Below, piece after piece: positions 45,182 through 54,344 of a stretch of DNA of 64,000 nt. Under the pieces are notes generated by a model, which ran no database searches, was not told the origin of the DNA, and saw only the letters and a program-made list of their open reading frames with translations. Numbering within the stretch: the first letter of the stretch is position 1; the number at the start of each line of letters is the position of its first letter. This DNA comes from an uncultured Actinomycetes bacterium. Lineage in GTDB: Bacteria; Actinomycetota; Thermoleophilia; Gaiellales; Gaiellaceae. The DNA is taken from the NCBI GenBank assembly GCA_963830035.1, contig CAWHKX010000004.1, positions 412,860 through 476,859 on the forward strand, in the 5' to 3' direction. The translations under genes were made by a program, and so were the position numbers.

Positions 45182-46293
45182 CGGTCGCGACGACGCCAAG
45201 TAACAGTCTGTTACTTGGCGAGATCCTCGAGAAGGCACTCGACGGCGAGCGGATCTCGGACGAGGAGGCGAGCAGGCTTCTTCGCTCGCGCGACCTCGTT
45301 GCGATCGGCCGCGTCGCGAACGAGCTCCGCAACCGCGTCACCGACCCCACGAAGGTGACGTTCATCGTCGATCGGAACCTCAACTACACGAATGTCTGTG
45401 TCACCGACTGTGACTTCTGCGCGTTCTACCGGCGCCCCGGCGATCAGCGCGAGTCGTATCTCCTCCCCAAGCCGGTCATCTACAAGAAGGTCGAGGAGAC
45501 GCTCGCGATCGGCGGCACCGGGCTGCTCATGCAGGGGGGGCATCACCCCGATCTCGGGATCGACTACTACGAGGATCTGTTCCGCTCGATCAAGGCGCGC
45601 TACAAGATCCACCTGCACGCGCTCTCGCCGCCCGAGATCCAGCACGTCGCGAGGCGCTCCAAGCTCACCGTCGCCGAAACACTCGCGCGTCTGCGGGACG
45701 CGGGACTCGACTCGGTTCCCGGGGGCGGCGCGGAAGTCCTGGTCGACCGGGTCCGGGCGATCATCGCGCCCAAGAAGACGACGTCGGACGAATGGCTCGA
45801 CGTCATGCGCCAGGCGCATCGGCTCGGCATGTCGACGACGGCGACGATGATGTACGGACACGTGGAGACGCTCGAGGAGCGCGTCGAGCACATGCGCCGC
45901 ATCCGCGAGTTGCAGGACGAGACGCGTGGCTTCAGAGCGTTCATCTCGTGGACGTTCCAGCGGGACGGCAACCGGCTCGACGACGTCGTCTCCGACGACG
46001 ACCGGCCGACCTCGTTCGACTACCTGCTCACGCAGGCCGTCTCTCGCATCTACCTCGACAACGTGCAACACATCCAGTCGTCCTGGGTCACGCAGGGGCT
46101 GAAGATCGGCCAGGTCGCGCTCGGTTTCGGCGCGGACGACATGGGGTCCGTGATGATCGAGGAGAACGTCGTCTCGGCCGCCGGCACGACGTATCGCACG
46201 ACCACCGACGAGCTCGTCCACCTGATCCGCTCGCTCGGGAAGATCCCCGTCCAGCGCGACACGCTGTACCGCGAGGTGAAGGTCTTCGCCTAG
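45178..46293 (+). CDS. mqnC: Radical-SAM cyclic dehypoxanthinyl futalosine synthase MqnC (probable)
   Basis: 371 aa. NLNYTNVCVTDCDFCAFYR. GTG 45178 (GTGA overlap with mqnA). The conserved part starts at ..ILEKALDGERIS, so CTG 45208 inside the palindrome is an alternative start. Confidence 0.8.
   Translation: MTVATTPSNSLLLGEILEKALDGERISDEEASRLLRSRDLVAIGRVANELRNRVTDPTKVTFIVDRNLNYTNVCVTDCDFCAFYRRPGDQRESYLLPKPVIYKKVEETLAIGGTGLLMQGGHHPDLGIDYYEDLFRSIKARYKIHLHALSPPEIQHVARRSKLTVAETLARLRDAGLDSVPGGGAEVLVDRVRAIIAPKKTTSDEWLDVMRQAHRLGMSTTATMMYGHVETLEERVEHMRRIRELQDETRGFRAFISWTFQRDGNRLDDVVSDDDRPTSFDYLLTQAVSRIYLDNVQHIQSSWVTQGLKIGQVALGFGADDMGSVMIEENVVSAAGTTYRTTTDELVHLIRSLGKIPVQRDTLYREVKVFA
45195..45219. repeat. 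Perfect AT-rich palindrome G-CCAAGTAACAG-T-CTGTTACTTGG-C inside the 5' end of mqnC (codons PSNSLLLG)
   Basis: 12-bp arms around a single central T, read directly. About 44% GC. Confidence 0.7.
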
Positions 46294-46329
46294 GGCCGGG
46301 CATGCCCGGGCCTTACAGTCCTCGGGCGC

Positions 46330-46980
46330 ATGGAGACGGACCACACCGCGGTTGAACGCCGACTTCTCGACGAAGCGCTCCGGCCGGACGCCGTTGCGCT
46401 CGACGCGGGTTGCGGCCGAACGACCCGGCTACGCCACTATCGCGACCGCATCGCCCGGCTCGTCGGGGTCGATGCGGACGAAGAGGCAGGGCGTGCGAAT
46501 CCGTACCTCGACGAGTTTCTCCGGGCCGACCTCGACGACTCGTTGCCGTTCGACGACGCGAGCTTCGATCTGGTCTACGCCAACTTCGTGGTCGAGCATC
46601 TTGCGTCTCCGGATCGGGCGTTCACCGAATGGCGTCGTGTCCTGCGCCCTGGCGGAAGCCTCGTCCTGTTGACGAGCAACCGCGCGAGCCCGCTGATGGC
46701 GGCCGCGGACCGGCTGCCGGAGCGCGTGCGGTTGACGATCAAGCGACGCGGAGCGGGAGCAGCCGAGCGCGACGTGTACCCGACGCAGTACCTCGCGAAC
46801 ACTCCGAAGCGGCTCGCACAGGCCACGACTGCGGCCGGCTTCGAGGCCGTCGCGGTCGAGTACGTGGGCACCCTGCATCGCTACGGAGCACGCGTGCCGG
46901 GTGCTGCGCCGCTTCTCGAGACCGTCGAGGGACTCCTGCCGGCCGAGCGTCGCTCGACGATCGTCGCGGCCTACCGCTAG
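46330..46980 (+). CDS. Class I SAM-dependent methyltransferase
   Basis: 216 aa. ALDAGCGRTT (motif I), FDLVYANFVVEHL, LRPGGSLVLLT. Confidence 0.85.
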   Translation: METDHTAVERRLLDEALRPDAVALDAGCGRTTRLRHYRDRIARLVGVDADEEAGRANPYLDEFLRADLDDSLPFDDASFDLVYANFVVEHLASPDRAFTEWRRVLRPGGSLVLLTSNRASPLMAAADRLPERVRLTIKRRGAGAAERDVYPTQYLANTPKRLAQATTAAGFEAVAVEYVGTLHRYGARVPGAAPLLETVEGLLPAERRSTIVAAYR

Positions 46981-47052
46981 CGACCGGCGCTGTTCGGGTC
47001 CTGTAAGAGCCTGCAAATCGCGGCATTGAGTTGAGGTACCCTCGACCGCGCC

Positions 47053-48831
47053 GTGCTTCGCCTCCTGGTGTCCTCCGCGGTCGTCGCTCTCGCCGCGGCT
47101 CTGCTCGTCGCTCCTGCCGCCGCGCAGCCCGCACAGCTCTTCCCCGGAACGAGCTACGAGAGCGGAGTCCAGTTCACGCCGCACGGGCCGGTCGCGATCC
47201 ACGTCGTCCGCGGCCCGCGGCCCGTCGGTCTCTACCGGCTCCGCCCGGTTCTCTCGAACGAGTCCGTCGTGCGGCGCGAGACGCTCTCGGCGATGCAGCG
47301 GAGAGTCGGGACCCAGGGCACCGTCGTGGGCGTCAACGGCGATCTCTTTGCCTGGGCCGACGGGAGGCCGAGCGGCATCCTCATGCGCGACGGTGTCCTC
47401 GTCAGCCCCCCCAACGGCCAGCGCTCGAGCGCCGGCATCACGCTCGACGGCATGCTCGACGTGAGACGCATCAAGTTCTTCGGGACCTGGCGTGGAGGTG
47501 GTCAGCGCCGCGCTCTCAACGAGTTCAACAAGGCGCCTGGAAAGAACGGCATCGCACTCTTCACGTCCGACTACGGGACTTCCACCCCGCGGATCTCCGG
47601 CTCGTTTGCGGCGGTTCTCTCCGGCTTTCCGGCTTCGACGCCCAACACCGACATCGCTTCCACGGTGGCGAGCACCTCACAGAGCGGATCGGTGGGGATC
47701 GCACCCGGAACGGCCGTGCTCGTCGCCCGCGGAATTGCGGCGGCGAAGCTCCAGGCGGAGGCTCCGGTCGGCACGCCCGTGGCGCTCCGGCTCATCCTCC
47801 AGCCGGGGTGGGACACGGTCGGCGACGCCATCGGCGGCGGACCCGTGCTCGTCCGCAACGGCAGGCCGGTGTACCGCGCAAACGAGGCATTCGAGACCTC
47901 GCTCTTGGCACCGAGACATCCCCGCACGGCAATCGGACAGACGGCAGACGGGCGCATTCTCCTCGTCGCGGTCGACGGTCGCCAGTCCGGGTACTCGGTG
48001 GGCATGACGACGTTCGAGATGGCCCAGACCCTCGTCCGGCTCGGAGCCGTCCGGGGGATGCAGCTCGACGGCGGAGGATCGACGACCCTCGCGTTCGACG
48101 GGAAGATCCTGAACCGGCCTTCCGACAAGTCCGAGCGCCCGATCTCGAACGCGCTGATGCTCTTCTACTACGGCGTCTACGCCTTGCCGCCGCTCGTATC
48201 CGTTGTCTCTCCGAACGGAGACGGCGTCGCGGAGGAGCAGGCGCTCTCGTTCAAGGTCGTGCGACCGTCGAACGTCACCGTCACGCTCACGGCGCCGGAC
48301 GGCACCGTCGCACTTTCCGAGACCGCCGCGCGGGTGCCTGGCACCTACCAGGTGCCGTTTCCGCCGGCGCCGACGCCCGCACCCCCGCCGGACCCGAGCC
48401 TCCCGCCGCCGCCCACGCCCGAGCCGCTTCCACCGATCGAGGGCCGCTGGACGCTCAGCGTGAACTCCGTCGACGACCAGGGTCTGACGTCGTCGGCGGT
48501 CCGGCGCTTCGCGGTGAACTCCACGCTCGGGTTCCCGAAGCTGGAACCCGTGCGCCTGGCGCTGCCGCCGCGAGGCGCAAACGCCACCGTCCGCTGGACG
48601 CAGACACGGGCGGCTCGGGTCAAGGTCACGGTGGAGACGATCGAGGGTGTCCTCATCCGCGTGACCGCGCTCCGCCGTTTCGAGCCAGGAGCGCAGGCGG
48701 TGGTCTGGAACGGCCGGCAGGCGAACGGAAAGCTCGCCGCGGGTGGTCGCTACCTCGTTCGCGTCACGGCGGAGAACGACCTCGGGAGCGTCTCGCTCGA
48801 GCAGCCGCTCACGGTTCGTCGAGTCCGATAA
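47053..48831 (+). CDS. Secreted phosphodiester glycosidase (DUF2233/NAGPA-like) with C-terminal FlgD-Ig-like domains
   Basis: 592 aa intact. Signal peptide. GVNGDLF, IGGGPVLVRNG, PRTAIGQTADGRILLVAVDGRQ, MQLDGGGSTTL. Confidence 0.8.
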   Translation: MLRLLVSSAVVALAAALLVAPAAAQPAQLFPGTSYESGVQFTPHGPVAIHVVRGPRPVGLYRLRPVLSNESVVRRETLSAMQRRVGTQGTVVGVNGDLFAWADGRPSGILMRDGVLVSPPNGQRSSAGITLDGMLDVRRIKFFGTWRGGGQRRALNEFNKAPGKNGIALFTSDYGTSTPRISGSFAAVLSGFPASTPNTDIASTVASTSQSGSVGIAPGTAVLVARGIAAAKLQAEAPVGTPVALRLILQPGWDTVGDAIGGGPVLVRNGRPVYRANEAFETSLLAPRHPRTAIGQTADGRILLVAVDGRQSGYSVGMTTFEMAQTLVRLGAVRGMQLDGGGSTTLAFDGKILNRPSDKSERPISNALMLFYYGVYALPPLVSVVSPNGDGVAEEQALSFKVVRPSNVTVTLTAPDGTVALSETAARVPGTYQVPFPPAPTPAPPPDPSLPPPPTPEPLPPIEGRWTLSVNSVDDQGLTSSAVRRFAVNSTLGFPKLEPVRLALPPRGANATVRWTQTRAARVKVTVETIEGVLIRVTALRRFEPGAQAVVWNGRQANGKLAAGGRYLVRVTAENDLGSVSLEQPLTVRRVR

Positions 48832-48859
48832 CCGCGGGTCCGATCCATACACTCCTGCG

Positions 48860-49552
48860 GTGCTCGTCGCCTCCATCCTGAGCGAGATCACGGAGGCGAT
48901 CACCTCCACCATCGGCGACTACGGCCTCTACGCCGTATTCCTCCTGATGCTGATCGACGCCGTCCTGCCGGCGGCGAGCGAAGTGGTGATGGTCTACGGG
49001 GGCGCGGTCGCTGCCGGAGCCTTCGCGGATCAGGAGGTCGTGCTCTTCGGACGCACGATCGAGGAGGGATTTCCGGCCTACGTCGCAATCGCGCTGGCGG
49101 GAACGATCGGCTACACGATCGGCGCCGCCGGAGGGTGGGCGATCGGGCTCTACGGTGGGCGCCCTACCTCGAGCGTCACGGACGCTGGCTGCACCTGGAC
49201 AAGAAGCGGCTCGACCGCGCCGAGCGCTGGTTCGAGCGCTGGGAGGACTGGGCGGTCTTCCTCGGTCGGCTGACTCCGGTCGTCCGGTCGTTCGTCTCCA
49301 TTCCCGCGGGGGTCATGGAGACGCCGTTCGTCCGCTACATCCTGCTGACGCTGGCAGGTTCGGCGATCTGGTGCTTCGCCTTCGCGGGCGCGGGGCTGGC
49401 CGCGGGCGAGAGCTGGGAGGACTTCCACCATGCGTTCCGCTATCTCGAGTACCTCGTGGCAGCGGCGATCGTGGTCGTCGATCGTCTGGCTCGTCGTGCA
49501 CGTGCTCCGGCGCCGGCGAGAGCGTTCCGCCGAGGAGCCTCCCGGCGTCTGA
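48860..49552 (+). pseudogene. DedA/SNARE-associated family membrane protein with two frameshifts (about 49160 and 49478)
   Basis: VLVASILSEI..YGLYAVFLLMLIDAVLPAASEVVMVYGG..GLYGGRP / YLERHGRWLHL..RAERWFERWEDWAVFLGRLTPVVRSFVSIPAG.. / IVWLVVHVLRRRRERSAEEPPGV-TGA lie in three frames. Confidence 0.65.
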
Positions 49553-49591
49553 GGAAGAGAAGGGCGACTCCCCCGAGCTACACTCGCGCGC

Positions 49592-50677
49592 GTGACGCAG
49601 CAGATCCCCCTCATCGACGTGAAGGCGCAGTACGCGCCGCTGATCCCCCAGATCAAGCAGGCGATCGACGACGTTCTCGAGAGCGGACAGTTCGTCTTCG
49701 GGCCGAACGTCAGTGCGTTCGAGGAGGAGGCAGCACGCTATCTCGGTGTCCGCGAGACGATCGGTGTCGGGAACGGCACGGACGCGATCATCCTCGTGCT
49801 GAACGCGCTCGAGATCGGCGCCGGGGACGAGGTGATCTGTCCGGCGTTCACGTTCTACGCCACCGCAGAGGCGATCGCGCGTGTCGGTGCGACGCCGGTG
49901 TTCGCAGACATCGATCCGCACACGCTCAACCTCGACCCGGACCGCGTCGCACAACGCGTGACGAGCCGCACGAAGGCGATCATGCCGGTGCACCTGTTCG
50001 GGCGGCCCGCGCCACTTGCCGAGCTGGCCGAGCTCGGGCTGCCGTTGATCGAAGACGCCGCGCAGGCCTTCGGCTCCTCGGAGATCGCGGGAGCGGGCAT
50101 CGCGTCGACCTTCAGCTTCTATCCCACGAAGAACCTCTTCGGCCTCGGCGACGGAGGACTCGTCGCGACCGACGATGCAGAGCTCGCGGAGCGCGTCCGC
50201 ATGCTGCGCTTCCATGGCTCGAAGGCGAAGCGCATCTTCGAGTACATCGGAACCAATTCGAGGCTGGACGAGATCCAGGCGGCAGCGCTCCGCATCTTCC
50301 TGCGCGAGCTCGATCGCTGGACCGTGTTGCGTCGGGAAGCTGCCGAGCGGTATCGAAGCCTCGGTCTCGGTGAGGCCTGCGAGGTTCCGGCCGACGAGCC
50401 TGGCCACGTATATCACCTCTTCGTGTCGCGATCGCCTCAACGGGACGAGATCCGCGCCGCGCTCACGGAGGCCGAGATCGGAAGCGCCGACTACTACTTG
50501 CCTCCGCTCCACCTCCAGCCGGCGCTTCGCTACCTCGGATATTCGGAAGGCGACCTTCCCGAGACCGAGCGTGCGGCGAACGAGAACTTCTCGGTCCCGC
50601 TCTGGGCCGGGATCACCGCGGAGCAACAGGAGCGGGTCGTCGACAGGGTTCGCTCGGCGGTCGGCGTTCCGGCGTAG
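49592..50677 (+). CDS. DegT/DnrJ/EryC1/StrS-family sugar aminotransferase (PLP)
   Basis: 361 aa intact. ..GNGTDAIILVL.., FSFYPTKNL (Lys of the internal aldimine), FHG. Confidence 0.9.
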   Translation: MTQQIPLIDVKAQYAPLIPQIKQAIDDVLESGQFVFGPNVSAFEEEAARYLGVRETIGVGNGTDAIILVLNALEIGAGDEVICPAFTFYATAEAIARVGATPVFADIDPHTLNLDPDRVAQRVTSRTKAIMPVHLFGRPAPLAELAELGLPLIEDAAQAFGSSEIAGAGIASTFSFYPTKNLFGLGDGGLVATDDAELAERVRMLRFHGSKAKRIFEYIGTNSRLDEIQAAALRIFLRELDRWTVLRREAAERYRSLGLGEACEVPADEPGHVYHLFVSRSPQRDEIRAALTEAEIGSADYYLPPLHLQPALRYLGYSEGDLPETERAANENFSVPLWAGITAEQQERVVDRVRSAVGVPA

Positions 50678-50680
50678 TCG

Positions 50681-52591
50681 ATGCGCTCTCCGATCAACCG
50701 ACACCGACTCTGGCAGGTTGCCGCCGACGCCCTGCTGGTCGCCGCCGCCTGGACGGTCGCGTGGTACGTCCGCTTCGACGGCGACACCGGCCCCGTCTAC
50801 TACGACCGCTATCTCGACTGGGACGTCTTCGCGCTGATCCTCGCGATCAAGCTGCCGATGTTCTTCGCGTTCGGGTTCTACAACCGCTGGTGGCGCTACG
50901 TCTCGACCCAGGACATGTGGGGGGTCGTCCGCGGGGTCGCTGCTGCTTCGGTCGCAGCCTTTCTCGTCTTCACCCTGCTCGACTTCCACCCCGCGAGCGT
51001 CCCGCGTGGCATCTGGTTCGTCGATCTCCTCGTGCTGCTCGCATTCGTGGCAGGAGCGCGCCTGCTCGCGCGCACCCTGATCGAGCGGCCGTCGGCCGGG
51101 ACTCTCGTGGCGCGCGGCAAGGAGGTCGTGCTCGTCGGCGCCGGAGATGCCTCACAGCTGATCCTGCGAGAGATGCTGAAGAACCCGGCGCTCGGCTACA
51201 CGCCGATCGGCCTGGTCGACGACGACCCGCGCAAGAAGAACCTGCGTTTGCATGGAATTCGGGTGCTCGGCACCACCGCCGAGCTCCCCCAGCTGCTCCG
51301 GGACCGCCGCCCGGACGAGCTCCTCATAGCGATTCCTTCCGCTTCGGGTGAGGTGCGCGAGCGCATCGTGGAGATCGCACGCAAGGAGAACGTGCCGGTC
51401 AATACGCTTCCCGGCCTGCCGGAGCTGATCACCGGCGACTTCAACCTGACGGGGCAGATCCGCCCGGTCGAGGTCGAGGACCTGCTCGGCCGCGAGCCGG
51501 TGGAGGTCGACATCGACTCCATCGCCGACTATCTCACCGGCGAGGTCGTGCTCGTCACCGGGGCGGGAGGCTCGATCGGGTCCGAGCTTTGCCGCCAGAT
51601 CGCGCGGATCGGCCCGACCCGTCTCGTGCTCGTCGACAACTCCGAGTCCGGGCTGTTCGAGATCGAGCGAGAGCTGGTCGACGAACGCGGGTTCCGCGCG
51701 ACCGCCGCCGTTCTCGCAGATGCCGGCAACGCGACGAAGATCAGGCAGGTCTTCGAGAAGTACCGGCCGGCCGTCGTCTTCCACGCAGCGGCGTACAAGC
51801 ACGTCGCGCTCGTCGAGGCGAACCCGGTCGAGGCCGTCCGCAACAACACGCTGATGACCAGGACGGTGGCCGATGTCGCCGTCGAGTTCGAGGCGAAGCG
51901 CTTCGTGCTCGTGTCCACGGACAAGGCGGTGAATCCTCGAGGCGTCATGGGCCAGACGAAGGCACTCTGCGAGTGGATCGTCGAGGGCTGGGGGCATCGG
52001 GAGGACACGTCCACGCGTTTCTGCGGAGTCCGCTTCGGCAACGTGCTCGGCTCGTCCGGCAGCCTCATCCCGATCTTTCGAAAGCAGATTGCGCGCGGCG
52101 GCCCGGTCACCGTGACGCATCCGGAGATGACGCGCTACTTCATGACGATTCCCGAGGCGGTTCAGCTCGTGATCCAGGCCGGGGCGATCGGTGGGCGCGG
52201 CCAGGTCTACGTGCTCGACATGGGCGAGCCGGTGAAGATCGCCGACCTCGCGGACACGATGATCCGGCTGTCGGGGAAGGAGCCAGGCCGAGACATCGCT
52301 GTCGAGCTCGTCGGCGCGCGTCCCGGCGAGAAGCTGCACGAGGAGCTCTGGTCGACATCCGAGACCGTCACGCCTTCGAGTCATGAGGCGATCCTGCTCG
52401 TGACCAGGCCTCCGATCGACGCCGCCTGGCTCGAGGAGCAGCTCGACGCGCTCGAGGGCCTCGTCGAGGAAGGCGAGACGCTCGAGCTCGTCGGACGCCT
52501 GAACACGCTCGTCGGAGCCCCGCGCCGTGCGCTCGTCTCCGGAGACGGAGCGGGCGCCGTAAGGACGGCGCCCGCATCCGAGTCGTTCTAG
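50681..52591 (+). CDS. Membrane-anchored nucleotide-sugar 4,6-dehydratase (CapD/PglF/WbpM family)
   Basis: 636 aa intact. 4 N-terminal TM helices. VTGAGGSIGSEL Rossmann motif, YKHV, STDKAVNP. Confidence 0.9.
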   Translation: MRSPINRHRLWQVAADALLVAAAWTVAWYVRFDGDTGPVYYDRYLDWDVFALILAIKLPMFFAFGFYNRWWRYVSTQDMWGVVRGVAAASVAAFLVFTLLDFHPASVPRGIWFVDLLVLLAFVAGARLLARTLIERPSAGTLVARGKEVVLVGAGDASQLILREMLKNPALGYTPIGLVDDDPRKKNLRLHGIRVLGTTAELPQLLRDRRPDELLIAIPSASGEVRERIVEIARKENVPVNTLPGLPELITGDFNLTGQIRPVEVEDLLGREPVEVDIDSIADYLTGEVVLVTGAGGSIGSELCRQIARIGPTRLVLVDNSESGLFEIERELVDERGFRATAAVLADAGNATKIRQVFEKYRPAVVFHAAAYKHVALVEANPVEAVRNNTLMTRTVADVAVEFEAKRFVLVSTDKAVNPRGVMGQTKALCEWIVEGWGHREDTSTRFCGVRFGNVLGSSGSLIPIFRKQIARGGPVTVTHPEMTRYFMTIPEAVQLVIQAGAIGGRGQVYVLDMGEPVKIADLADTMIRLSGKEPGRDIAVELVGARPGEKLHEELWSTSETVTPSSHEAILLVTRPPIDAAWLEEQLDALEGLVEEGETLELVGRLNTLVGAPRRALVSGDGAGAVRTAPASESF

Positions 52592-52600
52592 CTCTTCTAC

Positions 52601-54272
52601 CTACGAGCCCGGAGCTCGCAGCAGTAGCAGCTGTCCGTTCTCGCGCTTCTGGATCGCTGGTGGATCGTTGCCACCGGGAATCTCCGTGTCCCAGCCGTGC
52701 GCCTGGACGTCCACGAGAAACGCGCCGGGGCCGAACACCGCCGAGGCGTCCACGATGCCGCTCGACTCCCACGCGCCTCGGTTGAAGGTCGGAGCGCCCG
52801 GAATCGCCTGGTTCACCTCGGCGACCACCTGCTCCACGCCCGTGGAGAACGGATATCGCCAGATCCGGGCGTTCGTCGCGTCCGGGAATGCGGCCGACTG
52901 CGCGTTGTGCGAGCCGGTGTCCTCCTGGATGTAGAGACCTTCGGTCGTCGTCTCGAGGTTGTCCGGCTGATGAACGGCTGCCGTGCTGTTGTAGCCGAGC
53001 GCGTCGAAGTTCGCGCCCGGAAGAATGTCGAGGGTCGCTCCTTCGAGCGGATTCGAGCCCAGCGTGAGCTTGAAGATGCGGCCGTTCATGTACGGGCCTC
53101 CACCGGTAGCGCTCCGTTCGAGCCGAGTCCAGCCGGCGATCGCCGACGGCTTCGCGCGCGGCTCTCCGGTGTCCGCGAGGTAGACGACCTTCGACATTCC
53201 GGGTCGCCGGTCGTAGGCGATGTCCTCGACCCGGATGAACTGGAACACGTTGTTGCTCGTTGCTCCAGTGCTCGAGCACCCACTGCGGGCCGTCGGGCAT
53301 GGCTGCCGTCGCAGGCTTCGGGTACGGCGGCATCGTGGTCGGGGAGGCCGAGGGGAGCGGGTAGCCGAAGTCCGCCGACGTCACTTCGCTGCCGTCGTCG
53401 GCGTCCTTGCCCGTCGCGATCTCGCGCGGCACCTCGATGAAGCGACCGGGGATCGGATCCATCGCTTCGGTCACGTCGCCGTAGTCGTTGATCGCCGGGT
53501 TGTCGGCGACGAACGCATAGAGCTTGCCTCTGTCATCCCACACGTCCGCGCCGCTCGCGGCCTTGTACATGTAGAGCTGCGACGCCGGAGCATCGAAGGT
53601 GTCGTCACCCGAAAGGACGACCGGGTAGCCGTAGCTCGGGATGCCAACCGAGTTCTCGTGGTTGTGCCGGCCCATGCCGTAGATCGACTTGTACGCGCCG
53701 CTCCTCACGTCGTACGCGACGACGACCCCGGCCTGCTCGGTGTTGGGAGTCGCGAGCGTCAACCCGGGTTCCCAGGAGTCCGTCTGCCGGAGGACGATGT
53801 CGCGAGCCTCTTCGTTCGTGAGCAGCAGCTCACGCTCGAAGCCGTGTTCGGCGCCGACCAGGAAGTTCGAGCAGAAACGCTGGTATCCGGCGCTCTGCGG
53901 GATCACGTACTCGCCTCTGAGCACGCCGGCACTGTTCTGGTTCAGGCGCAGCTTGCTGATCGTCGAGTTGATGTGATCCTGCCGCGTGGCAGGAAACGGC
54001 ACGAGGGACGTCTCGTGGTTCACCAGGATGTCGGCCGTCCCCTGGCCGTTGATCCTCTCGATGGCGATCCCGTCCGGGAGCGCCTCGAACGTGTAGCCGC
54101 TTCCGAGCGTGTCACCGACGGAGATGATCGCCTCCGTCGTCCACCCGTTACGCCCGTCGAGCATCTCGTCGACGCTCGTCGTGAAGCCGCCGTTTGCCGC
54201 CGCGGCTGTTGTCGCGAGCACGGCTACGAGCGCGATCGCGCCCATCGCCAATGTGATTCCAAGTCGTCTCAT
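52601..54272 (-). pseudogene. Secreted beta-propeller protein of the PhoX/DUF839 type; single frameshift near 53250
   Basis: ATG 54272 with GGGAGGGGAGA upstream. Signal peptide MRRLGITLAMGAIALVAVLATTAAA. The body reads through ..PDGPQWVLEHWSNEQQ, then continues in ORF 52601..53248 (NVFQFIRVEDIAYD...). Confidence 0.65.
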
Positions 54273-54344
54273 TCTCCCCTCCCGAGAAGTCGTTGCGCCC
54301 ATGGACCTAAGCAGATCGTGCGCGTGCCACCAAGTGACAAAGGG

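Noticed and set aside
47677-52384. Minus-strand ORFs 47677..48912, 49313..50989 and 51152..52384
   Set aside because: They are antisense to the phosphodiester glycosidase, DegT and CapD genes, with low-complexity Arg/Asp/Glu composition and no motifs.
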